DNA of 64,000 nucleotides from Burkholderiales bacterium (GCA_035518095.1 DATIXX010000005.1:421-64420), one strand, 5' to 3'; positions 52,197 through 61,223 are shown, counted from the first letter of the stretch. The notes: generated by a model from the letters alone, not told the origin. A program made the numbers and translations.

Positions 52197-53111
52197 GTGA
52201 AAACAGAGGGCGCGCCGCATGTTGAATGCCCGGTGAATGATCATCTCAAGCGCTATTTATCGCACCTTGCAACCGAGCGGCGCCTGAGCCGCCATACCTG
52301 TGACAATTATGCACGCGATATTAACGCGTTGCTTGAGCTTGCCGGCACGACGCCGCTCGAGAGTTTGCAGGCTGCGCATATCCGGCGCTACATAGCGCAG
52401 CTACACAATGGCGGTTTAAGCGGTAAGACACTTGCGCGCATGCTTTCTGCGTGGCGCGGATATTACCGTTATTTGGCGCGTGACCGCGATCTTGCACACA
52501 ATCCTTGCCAAGGTCTACGCGCACCGAAATCTGCAAAACGCCTGCCTCACGCACTCTCCCCCGACGAAGCGAGCCGCCTGGTGGACATACCGGTGCAACT
52601 AACGCAGGACTTGCGCGACAAGGCGATTCTGGAACTGTTTTATTCTTCCGGTCTGCGTTTGAGCGAGCTGTGCGGGCTGCGGGTGGAAGACCTAAGCCTT
52701 GAGGACGCCACAGTGCGCGTTACGGGCAAAGGCAACAAAACCCGCATCGTGCCGGTCGGCAGTCACGCCATCGCCGCCATACGTGCCTGGCTTGAAGCGC
52801 GTAATACGTCGATCTGCAGCCACGGCGTGTTGTTTCCGGGCAAAAATGGCGCTCCGCTCAGTCAGCGCGCCATTCAATATTGCGTGAGGCGATGGGCATT
52901 AAAGCAGTGCGTTACGGGCAACGTGCATCCGCACGTATTGCGCCATTCGTTTGCTTCGCACGTGTTGCAATCGAGCGGTGATCTGCGCGCGGTGCAGGAA
53001 ATGCTCGGACATGCAAGCATTTCGACGACCCAGGTTTACACCCACCTGGACTTTCAGCACCTCGCCAAAGCCTACGACAAAGCTCATCCGCGCGCAAAAA
53101 AGAGATCGTGA
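52197..53111 (+). CDS. xerC: Tyrosine recombinase XerC
   Basis: 304 aa with GTG start. R..ELLYSSGLRLSEL and HVLRHSFASH..GDLR.VQEMLGH..ISTTQVYTH. Confidence 0.93.
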   Translation: MKTEGAPHVECPVNDHLKRYLSHLATERRLSRHTCDNYARDINALLELAGTTPLESLQAAHIRRYIAQLHNGGLSGKTLARMLSAWRGYYRYLARDRDLAHNPCQGLRAPKSAKRLPHALSPDEASRLVDIPVQLTQDLRDKAILELFYSSGLRLSELCGLRVEDLSLEDATVRVTGKGNKTRIVPVGSHAIAAIRAWLEARNTSICSHGVLFPGKNGAPLSQRAIQYCVRRWALKQCVTGNVHPHVLRHSFASHVLQSSGDLRAVQEMLGHASISTTQVYTHLDFQHLAKAYDKAHPRAKKRS

Positions 53112-53130
53112 CCCGCTGTCGCTTTGTTCC

Positions 53131-54315
53131 ATGCCTAAACTGATTTTGAAAGCGGGGCGGGAGAAATCACTTTTGCGTCGCCATCCATGGATCTTTTCAG
53201 GCGCGGTTGAGCGAATGCAGGGTACACCCGAATCCGGCGATACCGTTGAAGTCGTTACTGCAAAGGGAAAATTCCTAGCCCATGCGGCCTACAGTGCGCA
53301 TTCTCAAATCGCGGCGCGCGTTTGGGATTGGAACCGCGACAGCCGCATCGACGCGGAATTTTTTCATAGCCGCTTGAGCCGCGCGCTGGCCGAGCGTAGC
53401 GCGCTGGTTCACGAAACCAATGCGATGCGTTTGGTACACGGTGAATCGGATGGTCTGCCCGGCCTGGTCCTCGATTGTTACGGTGACACCTTGATCATGC
53501 AGGTATTAAGTGCAGGCGCCGAACGCTGGTATCAAACCTGCGCCGATATTGCACTGGAATTGACCGGCGCAGCGCGCGTATTCGAACGGTCGGACGCGGA
53601 AGTCAGGCACCTTGAAGGCTTGCTCCCCAGGGTAGGAGTGCTGCGGGGTTCGACACCTCCGCCGCGCATCAAAGTCGATGAAGGACGGCTGCAATTCTGG
53701 GTCGACGTAAAAAGCGGTCAGAAAACCGGTTTTTATCTCGATCAGCGGGTCAACCGGGCGCGGGTTGGCGAATTTGCCCGGGATAAGGAAGTGCTGGACT
53801 GTTTCTGCCATAGCGGCGGTTTTGCTTTGCACGCGCTCGCCAACGGCGCCAAGTCTATTTTAGCCGTGGATTCCTCTGAGGAAGCGCTGCAACTTGCGCG
53901 CGCTAATTGCGATTTGAACAATGCGCCGCAGGCTAAAACAGTATGGCGCAAAGGCGATGTTTTTGAAAAGCTCCGAAGCCTGCGCGACGAGGCGAGGCAA
54001 TTCGATCTGGTTATACTCGATCCCCCGAAGTTTGCGCCAACTGCTGCGCATGTTGGAAAAGCAGCCCGCGCGTACAAGGACATTAATTTGCTAGCCTTCA
54101 AACTGCTACGGCCGGGCGGCTTGCTCGCAACATTTTCCTGCTCCGGCGGTATTTCCGCCGAACTATTTCAGAAAATAATTGCTGGCGCCGCGCTCGATGC
54201 GGGTGCCGAAGCCCAAATCGTAGAATTTTTCTTTGCGGGGCCCGATCATCCGGTGGCTCTAAATTTTCCGGAAGGTCTGTATCTGAAAGGCTTGCTGTGC
54301 CGCATTTCGGACTAA
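53131..54315 (+). CDS. rlmI: 23S rRNA (cytosine1962-C5)-methyltransferase RlmI-like
   Basis: ORF 52951, trimmed to the ATG at 53131 (MPKLILKAGREKSLLRRHPWIFSGAV). PUA domain plus SAM-MTase (VLDCFCHSGGFAL, DPPKF). Confidence 0.9.
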   Translation: MPKLILKAGREKSLLRRHPWIFSGAVERMQGTPESGDTVEVVTAKGKFLAHAAYSAHSQIAARVWDWNRDSRIDAEFFHSRLSRALAERSALVHETNAMRLVHGESDGLPGLVLDCYGDTLIMQVLSAGAERWYQTCADIALELTGAARVFERSDAEVRHLEGLLPRVGVLRGSTPPPRIKVDEGRLQFWVDVKSGQKTGFYLDQRVNRARVGEFARDKEVLDCFCHSGGFALHALANGAKSILAVDSSEEALQLARANCDLNNAPQAKTVWRKGDVFEKLRSLRDEARQFDLVILDPPKFAPTAAHVGKAARAYKDINLLAFKLLRPGGLLATFSCSGGISAELFQKIIAGAALDAGAEAQIVEFFFAGPDHPVALNFPEGLYLKGLLCRISD

Positions 54316-54412
54316 ACGTGTGGGTTGCGGCTCATTTTGCTATGGACGCAGCATTGCAAATCAAAAAACCGCAGGCGCACAAAATTACTTGTTTCCGGTA
54401 CTCCGCATTGCC

Positions 54413-54832
54413 CTAGTGAAATGGGCTGAATTTTACGTCGCTATCTAATGAATATGCTGTACGCGTATTTTTCTTGATAAGTGCGCTGATGGGTTTGACG
54501 TATAGTCTGCGACCGCCAAGACCAGCGAAAACGAGTCGATCCAAAAAACGGGAATTTCGAGCCGAGTTGACCGTGCCCTGCGCTTGTGAAACGGCATATG
54601 GCCGCCTCTGTGCATGGAGTCGGCAAAGAACCGGCTGAAAAACGTAATGCCCGGGTTCATCGCTGCTATAATATTGGGCGAGTAAATTGATCCTCCAGAT
54701 CCGGTACACGGTCTTTGCGCAGGCGATCAGGTCGCCTTGACGAATATAATTCGCGCTGCGAAGAGAATGCCGCAGTTTGAGGCGATACCAAATTATTTTT
54801 CGTAATCGGAATCGAGATATAGAATTCTGCAA
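54413..54832 (-). CDS. Orphan basic ORF in an AT-rich spacer (coding status doubtful)
   Basis: 139 aa, very Arg/Lys-rich, with no motif recognised. It is the only long ORF in 54316..54875. Confidence 0.2.
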   Translation of the reverse strand: MQNSISRFRLRKIIWYRLKLRHSLRSANYIRQGDLIACAKTVYRIWRINLLAQYYSSDEPGHYVFQPVLCRLHAQRRPYAVSQAQGTVNSARNSRFLDRLVFAGLGGRRLYVKPISALIKKNTRTAYSLDSDVKFSPFH

Positions 54833-54875
54833 GCATTACCCACGGGCTCCTCAATACAAAATATCCAATTACAAA

Positions 54876-55373
54876 ATGTATCGCTATTGCCTAATTTTTG
54901 CCGCTTGCGTTGTGAGTGGCGCTGTCTTCGCGAAAGGGCTCGAATTAGACAAACCCGCGCCACAAATTGAGGGGGTCATGATTAACGGCAAACCGTTTAA
55001 GCTGAGCGATTACAACGGAAAGGTGGTGCTCGTTAATTTTTGGGCCAGCTGGTGTGATCCGTGTCGCGAGGAGATGCCCGCAATTGATGCTTTTTACCGA
55101 AAATATCGCGACAGGGGGTTTGAAGTCATCGCCATAAGCATGGATACCGATGACGACCTGCCGAAAGTTCAGAAAGTCATGCAAGCATTCAGTTTCCCCG
55201 CGATGATGCAATCCGAGACTGAAATGGACGGTTACGGCCGCGTCTGGAGGATACCCATAACAGTAGTAATCGATCGTGCCGGCATCGTGCGGCGCAATGG
55301 CTTCGAGGGCGATCCAGTGCTAATGAATTCCAAAATCCTTGAGGATACCGTCGCGCCTCTCATCGCAAAGTAA
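54876..55373 (+). CDS. TlpA/ResA-family periplasmic thiol:disulfide oxidoreductase
   Basis: ORF 54777, trimmed to the ATG at 54876 (signal peptide MYRYCLIFAACVVSGAVFA). VVLVNFWASWCDPCREEMP. Confidence 0.85.
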   Translation: MYRYCLIFAACVVSGAVFAKGLELDKPAPQIEGVMINGKPFKLSDYNGKVVLVNFWASWCDPCREEMPAIDAFYRKYRDRGFEVIAISMDTDDDLPKVQKVMQAFSFPAMMQSETEMDGYGRVWRIPITVVIDRAGIVRRNGFEGDPVLMNSKILEDTVAPLIAK

Positions 55374-55388
55374 CATTTAATGCTTTGC

Positions 55389-56366
55389 TCAAAATGAGAA
55401 GCGGGTCCCGAGCGAAATTACGTACCGGGGGGCCAGCTGAACGCCGGTCAGATCCTGATATATCGGCAGTTGCACGAATCCGTAAACCGCGACTTTCTTG
55501 GTGACCGGTGCAAAGAACCCGGGGCTTACGTATACCAGCGTGCCCCCGGTGCTGACCGTGTCTGCAAGGGCTCCGGAATCCGTTGCAACGTGTCTAAAGT
55601 TGATCTGAAGCTGGGGCGTAACGTAGGCAAACGCAAAGTAATTCACGCCGGCACTTAGATTCACTGAATTGCCCGGCCGGTACTCGGCCCGACTTTCAAC
55701 AGCCACCTGGTAAGCGACCGAGCCGAAGTAACCCCAATTCTGGCTTAAGGAATCATGATAGTAAGAACCAACGATGATGTCGGTCGACCCAGTGCCCGGT
55801 TGTAAGCCCGGGTCTATTAAAGTCGTACCATCGTCAGCGACGTTGTTGTAACTGCCGGTGGGCAGTTTTATTCCCAGCTGGATACCCCAATTTTTGCTTG
55901 GCAATAACCCTTGATAGCGCCCCACAATCTTTACATCGCCGAAACTGGAGGTGTGAGAAACGTAGGCGCCATCGCCCGGCGTGATCCCGTCCGTATCGGT
56001 ACCCAGCGTGGCGTGATCTCTATCAATGTAGGGTATTTGAACATTGATACCCCAAGTGGAGTTTGGAGCGTAATCCAACCCAAGCGTAAAATATTCATTC
56101 TTGGTATACAGTTCCACCTCATAGCCTTCTTTCCCAGCTACAGTCGGCGAAATGGTGCCCGTACCGCTTCGGAGTTGGTTTTGATTCAGGTAATCAAATC
56201 TGAAGTCAACTTTAAATCCGGTCGAAGTAATAATCCCCTGGCTCTGAAAATCCGAACTCAGAGTGCAACCGCAGCTTGCGCACGCAAATACTTTAGCGGG
56301 TGAGAAAGCAAACGAAAACAAGAACACCAGAATGGTGTTTCTTACGGTCTTGCCTGAAAGCAACAT
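55389..56366 (-). CDS. Outer-membrane beta-barrel (MetA-pathway/transporter-like) with N-terminal CASCGC cluster
   Basis: ORF 55389..56405, trimmed to the ATG at 56366, which is preceded by AGGAGGG. Signal peptide ..SPAKVFA then CASCGCTL. Alternating-hydrophobicity strands and a C-terminal ..GTRFSF beta-signal. Confidence 0.78.
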   Translation of the reverse strand: MLLSGKTVRNTILVFLFSFAFSPAKVFACASCGCTLSSDFQSQGIITSTGFKVDFRFDYLNQNQLRSGTGTISPTVAGKEGYEVELYTKNEYFTLGLDYAPNSTWGINVQIPYIDRDHATLGTDTDGITPGDGAYVSHTSSFGDVKIVGRYQGLLPSKNWGIQLGIKLPTGSYNNVADDGTTLIDPGLQPGTGSTDIIVGSYYHDSLSQNWGYFGSVAYQVAVESRAEYRPGNSVNLSAGVNYFAFAYVTPQLQINFRHVATDSGALADTVSTGGTLVYVSPGFFAPVTKKVAVYGFVQLPIYQDLTGVQLAPRYVISLGTRFSF

Positions 56367-56450
56367 GAACCCTCCTTGCAATTCCCAATGACCGCACGAC
56401 GTCATAAATGCGGCCCAGCCGATACCGGGTGTCTGCTTTAAAACTTGGCT

Positions 56451-56828
56451 TTAGTCAAAAACTGGAGGGGCTTGAGATAGATAGGCAGGCGCAGGCCGGG
56501 AGGCCGCCGCCATCATTGGAACGACTGTCGGCCGATCTTCGGCAAAAACTTCCGGTCCGGCAGCCAAATCCAGAGTTATACCAATGCCGGGCTGCGAAGT
56601 GCTCGCCGAACACCATGCGCAACGAATCGGGTGCTTGGTGTGGGGCTTGCTCGGCAGCGACGGCTCGTCGAGCACAATAGTTTTCAGCCCGGAAAAGGTG
56701 CAAATTTGCGCGAGCACGGCGGGCTGCGCCCGATATCGGAACGCGGCAAGCGCAGGCGACAGCGCGCTGAACATTACCGCGAACAGCGCGATCGCGGCGA
56801 CGCGTTTGCGATCGATATGGCGCAACAT
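56451..56828 (-). CDS. DUF2946-like secreted protein with CAWC motif
   Basis: ORF 56451..56867, trimmed to the ATG at 56828. MLRHIDRKRVAAIALFAVMFSALSPALAA is a signal peptide, and ..HTKHPIRCAWC.. resembles the DUF2946 H..C..C signature (from memory). Confidence 0.6.
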   Translation of the reverse strand: MLRHIDRKRVAAIALFAVMFSALSPALAAFRYRAQPAVLAQICTFSGLKTIVLDEPSLPSKPHTKHPIRCAWCSASTSQPGIGITLDLAAGPEVFAEDRPTVVPMMAAASRPAPAYLSQAPPVFD

Positions 56829-56838
56829 GGCGGTAGGG

Positions 56839-56867
56839 ATTCTACGGCAGCAGCAAATGAGGGTCAA
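56839..56867 (-). promoter_or_regulatory. Near-consensus sigma-70 promoter TTGACC-17-TAGAAT for the DUF2946/barrel operon
   Basis: On the minus strand, TTGACC lies at 56867..56862 and TAGAAT at 56844..56839, with a 17-nt spacer. The -10 box ends 10 nt before the ATG at 56828. Confidence 0.35.
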
Positions 56868-56989
56868 TCGGAAGCACCCGCTGACTCGCTATATTGCAGC
56901 TGACCCTGCCTTGCATGCCCCGCGGATCCATATTGTTTGTATTTTTCATGTCCAGCATATCGTTTTTCTTCAGGCTCATCGCCCACGAT

Positions 56990-57219
56990 ATGAGCCGCAG
57001 CATGTCGTGCAAAGGTGATTGCTTTGCCAAGACTTGCTCCGAGAGCTTCATCAGTACGTTGAAGGACGAGCTTGTTCATCATTTACGCCCTGAGACCCGA
57101 GAGGAGCCTAAGAGCGTCGTCCTTGAGTACTTCGAGGTGTTTTATAATCGACAACGGCCACAGCAGGCGCTCGACTAGGTGTTGCCATCGAGTTAGAACG
57201 ACGCACCACTGCTTCATGA
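56990..57219 (+). mobile_element. Relic of an IS3-family transposase (C-terminal tail of OrfB only)
   Basis: MSRSMSCKGDCFAKTCSESFISTLKDELVHHLRPETREEPKSVVLEYFEVFYNRQRPQQALD resembles the conserved IS3 tail (..SRKGNCYDNA.AESFF.TLK.E......TR.EA....F.YIE.FYN..R.H..LGY.SP..FE). After TAG (57176..57178) a shifted frame reads AIELERR. No DDE core lies upstream. Confidence 0.7.
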
Positions 57220-57313
57220 ATTACTTTCCATGAAACCCGGTACCCCACAGATTTTTTATCAGTGGTCTTTAATTTTCGCTTGGCAAGCGGGCCGTGAACT
57301 TTTTTTACTGTTC

Positions 57314-58225
57314 TTACCGGATTGAAAGCAGCGGCTTGAAGCCGAGATTCGCCCCGAGCGAATCTGCCGCACGCTGCGCCTCGCTGCGATTGGCATAAGG
57401 ACCCGCATGCACCCGAAACAATCCGCCTTTCGCGAAAAGTGAGAGCGTTTCGTTAAGACCGGCAAGCTGCACGCGCAGCCGTGCCAGAAACTGTTCGGCG
57501 TTGGATTTCGAAGCGAACGCGCCAAGCTGTAGATAGATACCGCCTGCTTCAGCGGAGGCCGGCACCACCTGAGCGGGAGCGGCTGTCGGCGGCGGGTCGG
57601 GCTCGGCAGGTTTTGGCGCTTGTGCCATTAGCGTTTCACTCCCGGGCAGCACGCTATCGATTTCAACCATGCCGCTGCCTTGAGCGGCAATGCCTAGCTT
57701 GTACGCGGCCGCATAGGAGAGGTCCATGATGCGCCCGCCGTAGAAAGGCCCGCGGTCATTGACGCGCACAATGACCGATTTGTTGTTACTTAAGTTGGTG
57801 ACCCGGGCATAACTGGGAATCGGTAAGATGGGATGCGCCGCTGTCATCGCATACATATCGTAAGGCTCTCCCGACGCGGTTCTCTGGCCCTGGAATTTTC
57901 TGCCGTACCACGAAGCAATCCCGCGGGCCTTATAAGGAACGACACGGGTCTCGGGAACAAAAGTTTTGCCGAGCACTGTGTACGGGCGGTTCGCATATTT
58001 GTTTAGTGGCTCAACACGCGGTCTCGCGTCGGGAAGCGAAGCGAGATTGGAGGGCGGATTATCGCCCGGGCCATCTCCGAGATAATAACCGTTTCCCGAT
58101 GGGCGCGTCGGAGCGCTGCCACATGCGGCGAGACCAAGCGCCAGAACGGACACACACAATAAGCGAAGAGAAGAGCTAATAGGTACAGGCTTTTGTTTCC
58201 ACCTTTTTCTCTTCACCCGGTACAC
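57314..58225 (-). CDS. rlpA: Septal ring lytic transglycosylase RlpA (DPBB + SPOR)
   Basis: 303 aa. Lipobox LGLAAC, ASWYG..F.G..TASGE.YD and RVNDRGPF. The C-terminal SPOR domain reads YLQLGAF..NAE. Confidence 0.92.
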   Translation of the reverse strand: MYRVKRKRWKQKPVPISSSLRLLCVSVLALGLAACGSAPTRPSGNGYYLGDGPGDNPPSNLASLPDARPRVEPLNKYANRPYTVLGKTFVPETRVVPYKARGIASWYGRKFQGQRTASGEPYDMYAMTAAHPILPIPSYARVTNLSNNKSVIVRVNDRGPFYGGRIMDLSYAAAYKLGIAAQGSGMVEIDSVLPGSETLMAQAPKPAEPDPPPTAAPAQVVPASAEAGGIYLQLGAFASKSNAEQFLARLRVQLAGLNETLSLFAKGGLFRVHAGPYANRSEAQRAADSLGANLGFKPLLSIR

Positions 58226-58234
58226 CTCGCAAGT

Positions 58235-59329
58235 TCAGGTTTTAACCAATTTCTTGTGTGTCTCAATGCTCATCAAAATACCAAAGCCCAGGCAGATTGT
58301 CACCAGAGCCGTTCCGCCGTAGCTTACCAGCGGCAAGGGAACTCCGACTACCGGAAGAATTCCGCTCACCATCGCCATATTGACAAAGGCGTAGGTGAAG
58401 AATGTAAGGGTAACAGCTCCTGCCATGAGCCGGGCGAAAAGAGTCGAGGCATTGGATGCGATAATCAAGCCACGGCCAATGACGAGCATGTACAGGACCA
58501 GCAGCACGAGATTTCCGAGCAATCCGAATTCTTCGCTGAATACCGCGAACACGAAATCAGTGTGACGTGCAGGCAAAAATTCCAAATGCGACTGCGTGCC
58601 GTTCAACCAACCCTTACCGGTAACTCCGCCCGAGCCCACCGCAATCGTGGATTGAATAGTGTGATAGCCGGCGCCTAATGGGTCTGTCGACGGATCCAGC
58701 AGCGTGAGAATCCGCTGCCGCTGGTAATCGCGTAGCACCGACCACAGTACCGGCAGACTGGCGAGTCCCAGCACTAGGAAGGTCAGCATGATACGCCAAC
58801 TCAATCCGGCCAGAAACAGCACGTAGAAACCGGAAGCCGCTATCAGTATCGCCGTCCCCAGATCCGGCTGGCGGACAATCAGGGCCACTGGGACCAGCAG
58901 CAACAACGTCGCTACAACATAATTTTTTAATCGTAGCGCGGCTTCGTGCTTGTCGAAATACCAGGCAAGCATTAGAGGTACAGCAATTTTCATGATTTCG
59001 GCGGGCTGGACTCGGGTCACTCCAACATGTAACCAGCGCCTTGCGCCGTTGACTACGTCGCCAAACAGAGCGACCGCAATCAGTAGCAGGATTCCCGCGA
59101 CATACATCGGCACCGACAGGCGCATCAGATTCTGGGGAGAGATTTGGGATACCGCCCACATTACGCCAAGCGCAATCAACATGCTCAAAAGTTGGTTGCT
59201 GGTTTTGGCAAGATCCTGTCCGGTGGCGCTGTACAGCACGAACAATCCGAGCAACATCAGTATGCAGACTGCCCCGAGCAGAAAGCCGTCTATGTGCGCG
59301 GTGACATAGAGCCATAGGCGCTTAATCAT
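58235..59329 (-). CDS. mrdB: Peptidoglycan glycosyltransferase RodA (SEDS)
   Basis: 364-aa polytopic protein of the FtsW/RodA family (PLPLVSYGGTA), downstream of mrdA. Confidence 0.95.
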   Translation of the reverse strand: MIKRLWLYVTAHIDGFLLGAVCILMLLGLFVLYSATGQDLAKTSNQLLSMLIALGVMWAVSQISPQNLMRLSVPMYVAGILLLIAVALFGDVVNGARRWLHVGVTRVQPAEIMKIAVPLMLAWYFDKHEAALRLKNYVVATLLLLVPVALIVRQPDLGTAILIAASGFYVLFLAGLSWRIMLTFLVLGLASLPVLWSVLRDYQRQRILTLLDPSTDPLGAGYHTIQSTIAVGSGGVTGKGWLNGTQSHLEFLPARHTDFVFAVFSEEFGLLGNLVLLVLYMLVIGRGLIIASNASTLFARLMAGAVTLTFFTYAFVNMAMVSGILPVVGVPLPLVSYGGTALVTICLGFGILMSIETHKKLVKT

Positions 59330-61223
59330 TGGATTCCTGTTTTACGCTGGGACTCGGCAGAGAATTTTGCGGCCGCTTACCTAGCAAATAAAAGTCCAAG
59401 ACCTCGCGCGCCAGAGGCGCCGCGGTACTGGCGCCGTGGCCGCCATTTTCCACAATTACCGCAAGTGCAATCTGCGGATTATCCGCTGGCGCGTAAGCGA
59501 TGAACAAAGCATGGTCGCGCTGTCGCTCAGCAACTTTTTTCTCGTCGTATTTCTCGTTTTGTTTAAAAGCGATGACCTGAGCGGTTCCAGTCTTGCCGGC
59601 AATCGGGTAGGCGCTGTTTGCACCGGCGCGAGCTGCGGTGCCGCCCGGACGGGTCACATCAACCAAGGCTTTTTGAACAAGAGCCAAATTAGCCGGTTTG
59701 AGATTAAGGTCGTACAGCACCTCGCTTGCAATACTTTTTAATTGGCCGGTCCTGCTGTCTTGAATATAGCGCACTAGATGCGGACGAAAAGCGATGCCGT
59801 TGTTGGCGATCAGGGCCATGGCATTGGCAAGCTGCAACGGAGTAACCAAGTCATAGCCTTGGCCGATGCCCACGCTCACTGTATCACCCGCAAACCATTT
59901 TTCCCTGTAGCGTTTTAGCTTCCATTCCTCCGAAGGCAACAGACCTGTCCCTTCGCCTTCAACATCAATCCCGGTTTTTTGGCCCAGGCCGAAACGGCTG
60001 ATGAAACTATGAATATTTTCTATTCCAAGATCGTAGGCAAGGCCGTAATAATAAGTATCGCACGACTCCACCAGCGATTTGTGTAAGTCCACCCAACCGT
60101 GGCCGCCGGCTTTCCAATCTCGATAGCGGTGGGTACTGCCGGGCAGGGTGAAGTATCCGGGGTCGAAAATACTGTACTGCGGAGTACGCTTGTTGAGTTC
60201 GAGTCCGGCAAGCGCCAGGAACGGCTTGAAAGTCGAGCCGGGCGGATATTGACCGTCCAGCGCACGGTTGGTAAGCGGTTTGTCCGGCGAATTATTCAAT
60301 GCATCCCAGTTTTGCGGGTCGATGCCGTCGACGAACAGGTTGGGATCAAAGCCTGGCTTGCTCACGAATGCCAACACCCCTCCGCTGGACGGTTCAATTG
60401 CCACCAGCGCGCCACGATTGTTGCCGAATGCTTTATCGGCGAATTCCTGAAGCCGCGCGTCGAGCGTAAGCAGCAAATTATCGCCGGAAATCGGCGGGAT
60501 ACGACTCAGAGTGCGTACCACGCGCCCGTTGGCGTCAATTTCCACCTGCTCAAATCCGGTTTTCCCGTGCAGCTGCATTTCATAGCTCTGCTCGATTCCG
60601 GATTTGCCGATGTATTCCGTGCCGCGGTAATTTGCGAGCTCTCCTTTTTCCTCCAACCAATCCATGTCATCATCATTGATCCTGCTGATGTAACCGATGA
60701 CATGCGACGTCATCGCACCGAGGGGATAATGCCGAAACAGGCGCGCCTTGATATCAACAGCCGGGAAACGGTAGTGGTTCGCCGCAAACCGCGCCACCTC
60801 GACGTCGTTTAGTCGCGTGCGTATCGGCAAGCTCTCGAGGTTCTTGGTTTGTTCCATGAGCTTGCGGAATCGCTTGCGATCTTTGGGCGTGATTTCCACG
60901 ACACTGTTAAGTTGGTTGATAAGCTCGTCGAGGTCGTCCACCTTGGATGGAGTAATTTCCAAAGTGTATGCGGGAAAATTGTTCGCCAGTACCACGCCAT
61001 TATGGTCGAGAATCAGGCCGCGGTTGGGTACAACAGGTAGAATCGAAATACGGTTATTCTCGGCAAGTGTACTGTAATAATCGTGCTGTATTACTTGCAG
61101 ATAATAAAACCGCGCGAACAGCAAAAAAAACAGCAGAAGTCCGGCGCCGGCAGCAATCGCGAGGCGGAACCTGAAGTGCTGCAGTTCGCGCTGCTGGTTC
61201 TTGAGCTCGATGTCGCCGTTCAT
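59322..61223 (-). CDS. mrdA: Penicillin-binding protein 2 (elongasome transpeptidase)
   Basis: 633 aa with the STFKP and KTGTA motifs. It overlaps rodA by 8 nt and mreD by 4 nt. Confidence 0.95.
   Translation of the reverse strand: MNGDIELKNQQRELQHFRFRLAIAAGAGLLLFFLLFARFYYLQVIQHDYYSTLAENNRISILPVVPNRGLILDHNGVVLANNFPAYTLEITPSKVDDLDELINQLNSVVEITPKDRKRFRKLMEQTKNLESLPIRTRLNDVEVARFAANHYRFPAVDIKARLFRHYPLGAMTSHVIGYISRINDDDMDWLEEKGELANYRGTEYIGKSGIEQSYEMQLHGKTGFEQVEIDANGRVVRTLSRIPPISGDNLLLTLDARLQEFADKAFGNNRGALVAIEPSSGGVLAFVSKPGFDPNLFVDGIDPQNWDALNNSPDKPLTNRALDGQYPPGSTFKPFLALAGLELNKRTPQYSIFDPGYFTLPGSTHRYRDWKAGGHGWVDLHKSLVESCDTYYYGLAYDLGIENIHSFISRFGLGQKTGIDVEGEGTGLLPSEEWKLKRYREKWFAGDTVSVGIGQGYDLVTPLQLANAMALIANNGIAFRPHLVRYIQDSRTGQLKSIASEVLYDLNLKPANLALVQKALVDVTRPGGTAARAGANSAYPIAGKTGTAQVIAFKQNEKYDEKKVAERQRDHALFIAYAPADNPQIALAVIVENGGHGASTAAPLAREVLDFYLLGKRPQNSLPSPSVKQESND

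Noticed and set aside
56280-56366. Could the barrel be a Cyc2-like fused cytochrome-porin, given its N-terminal Cys pair right after the signal peptide?
   Set aside because: The motif is CASCGC, without the His required for CxxCH haem attachment. It is therefore not a c-type haem site.
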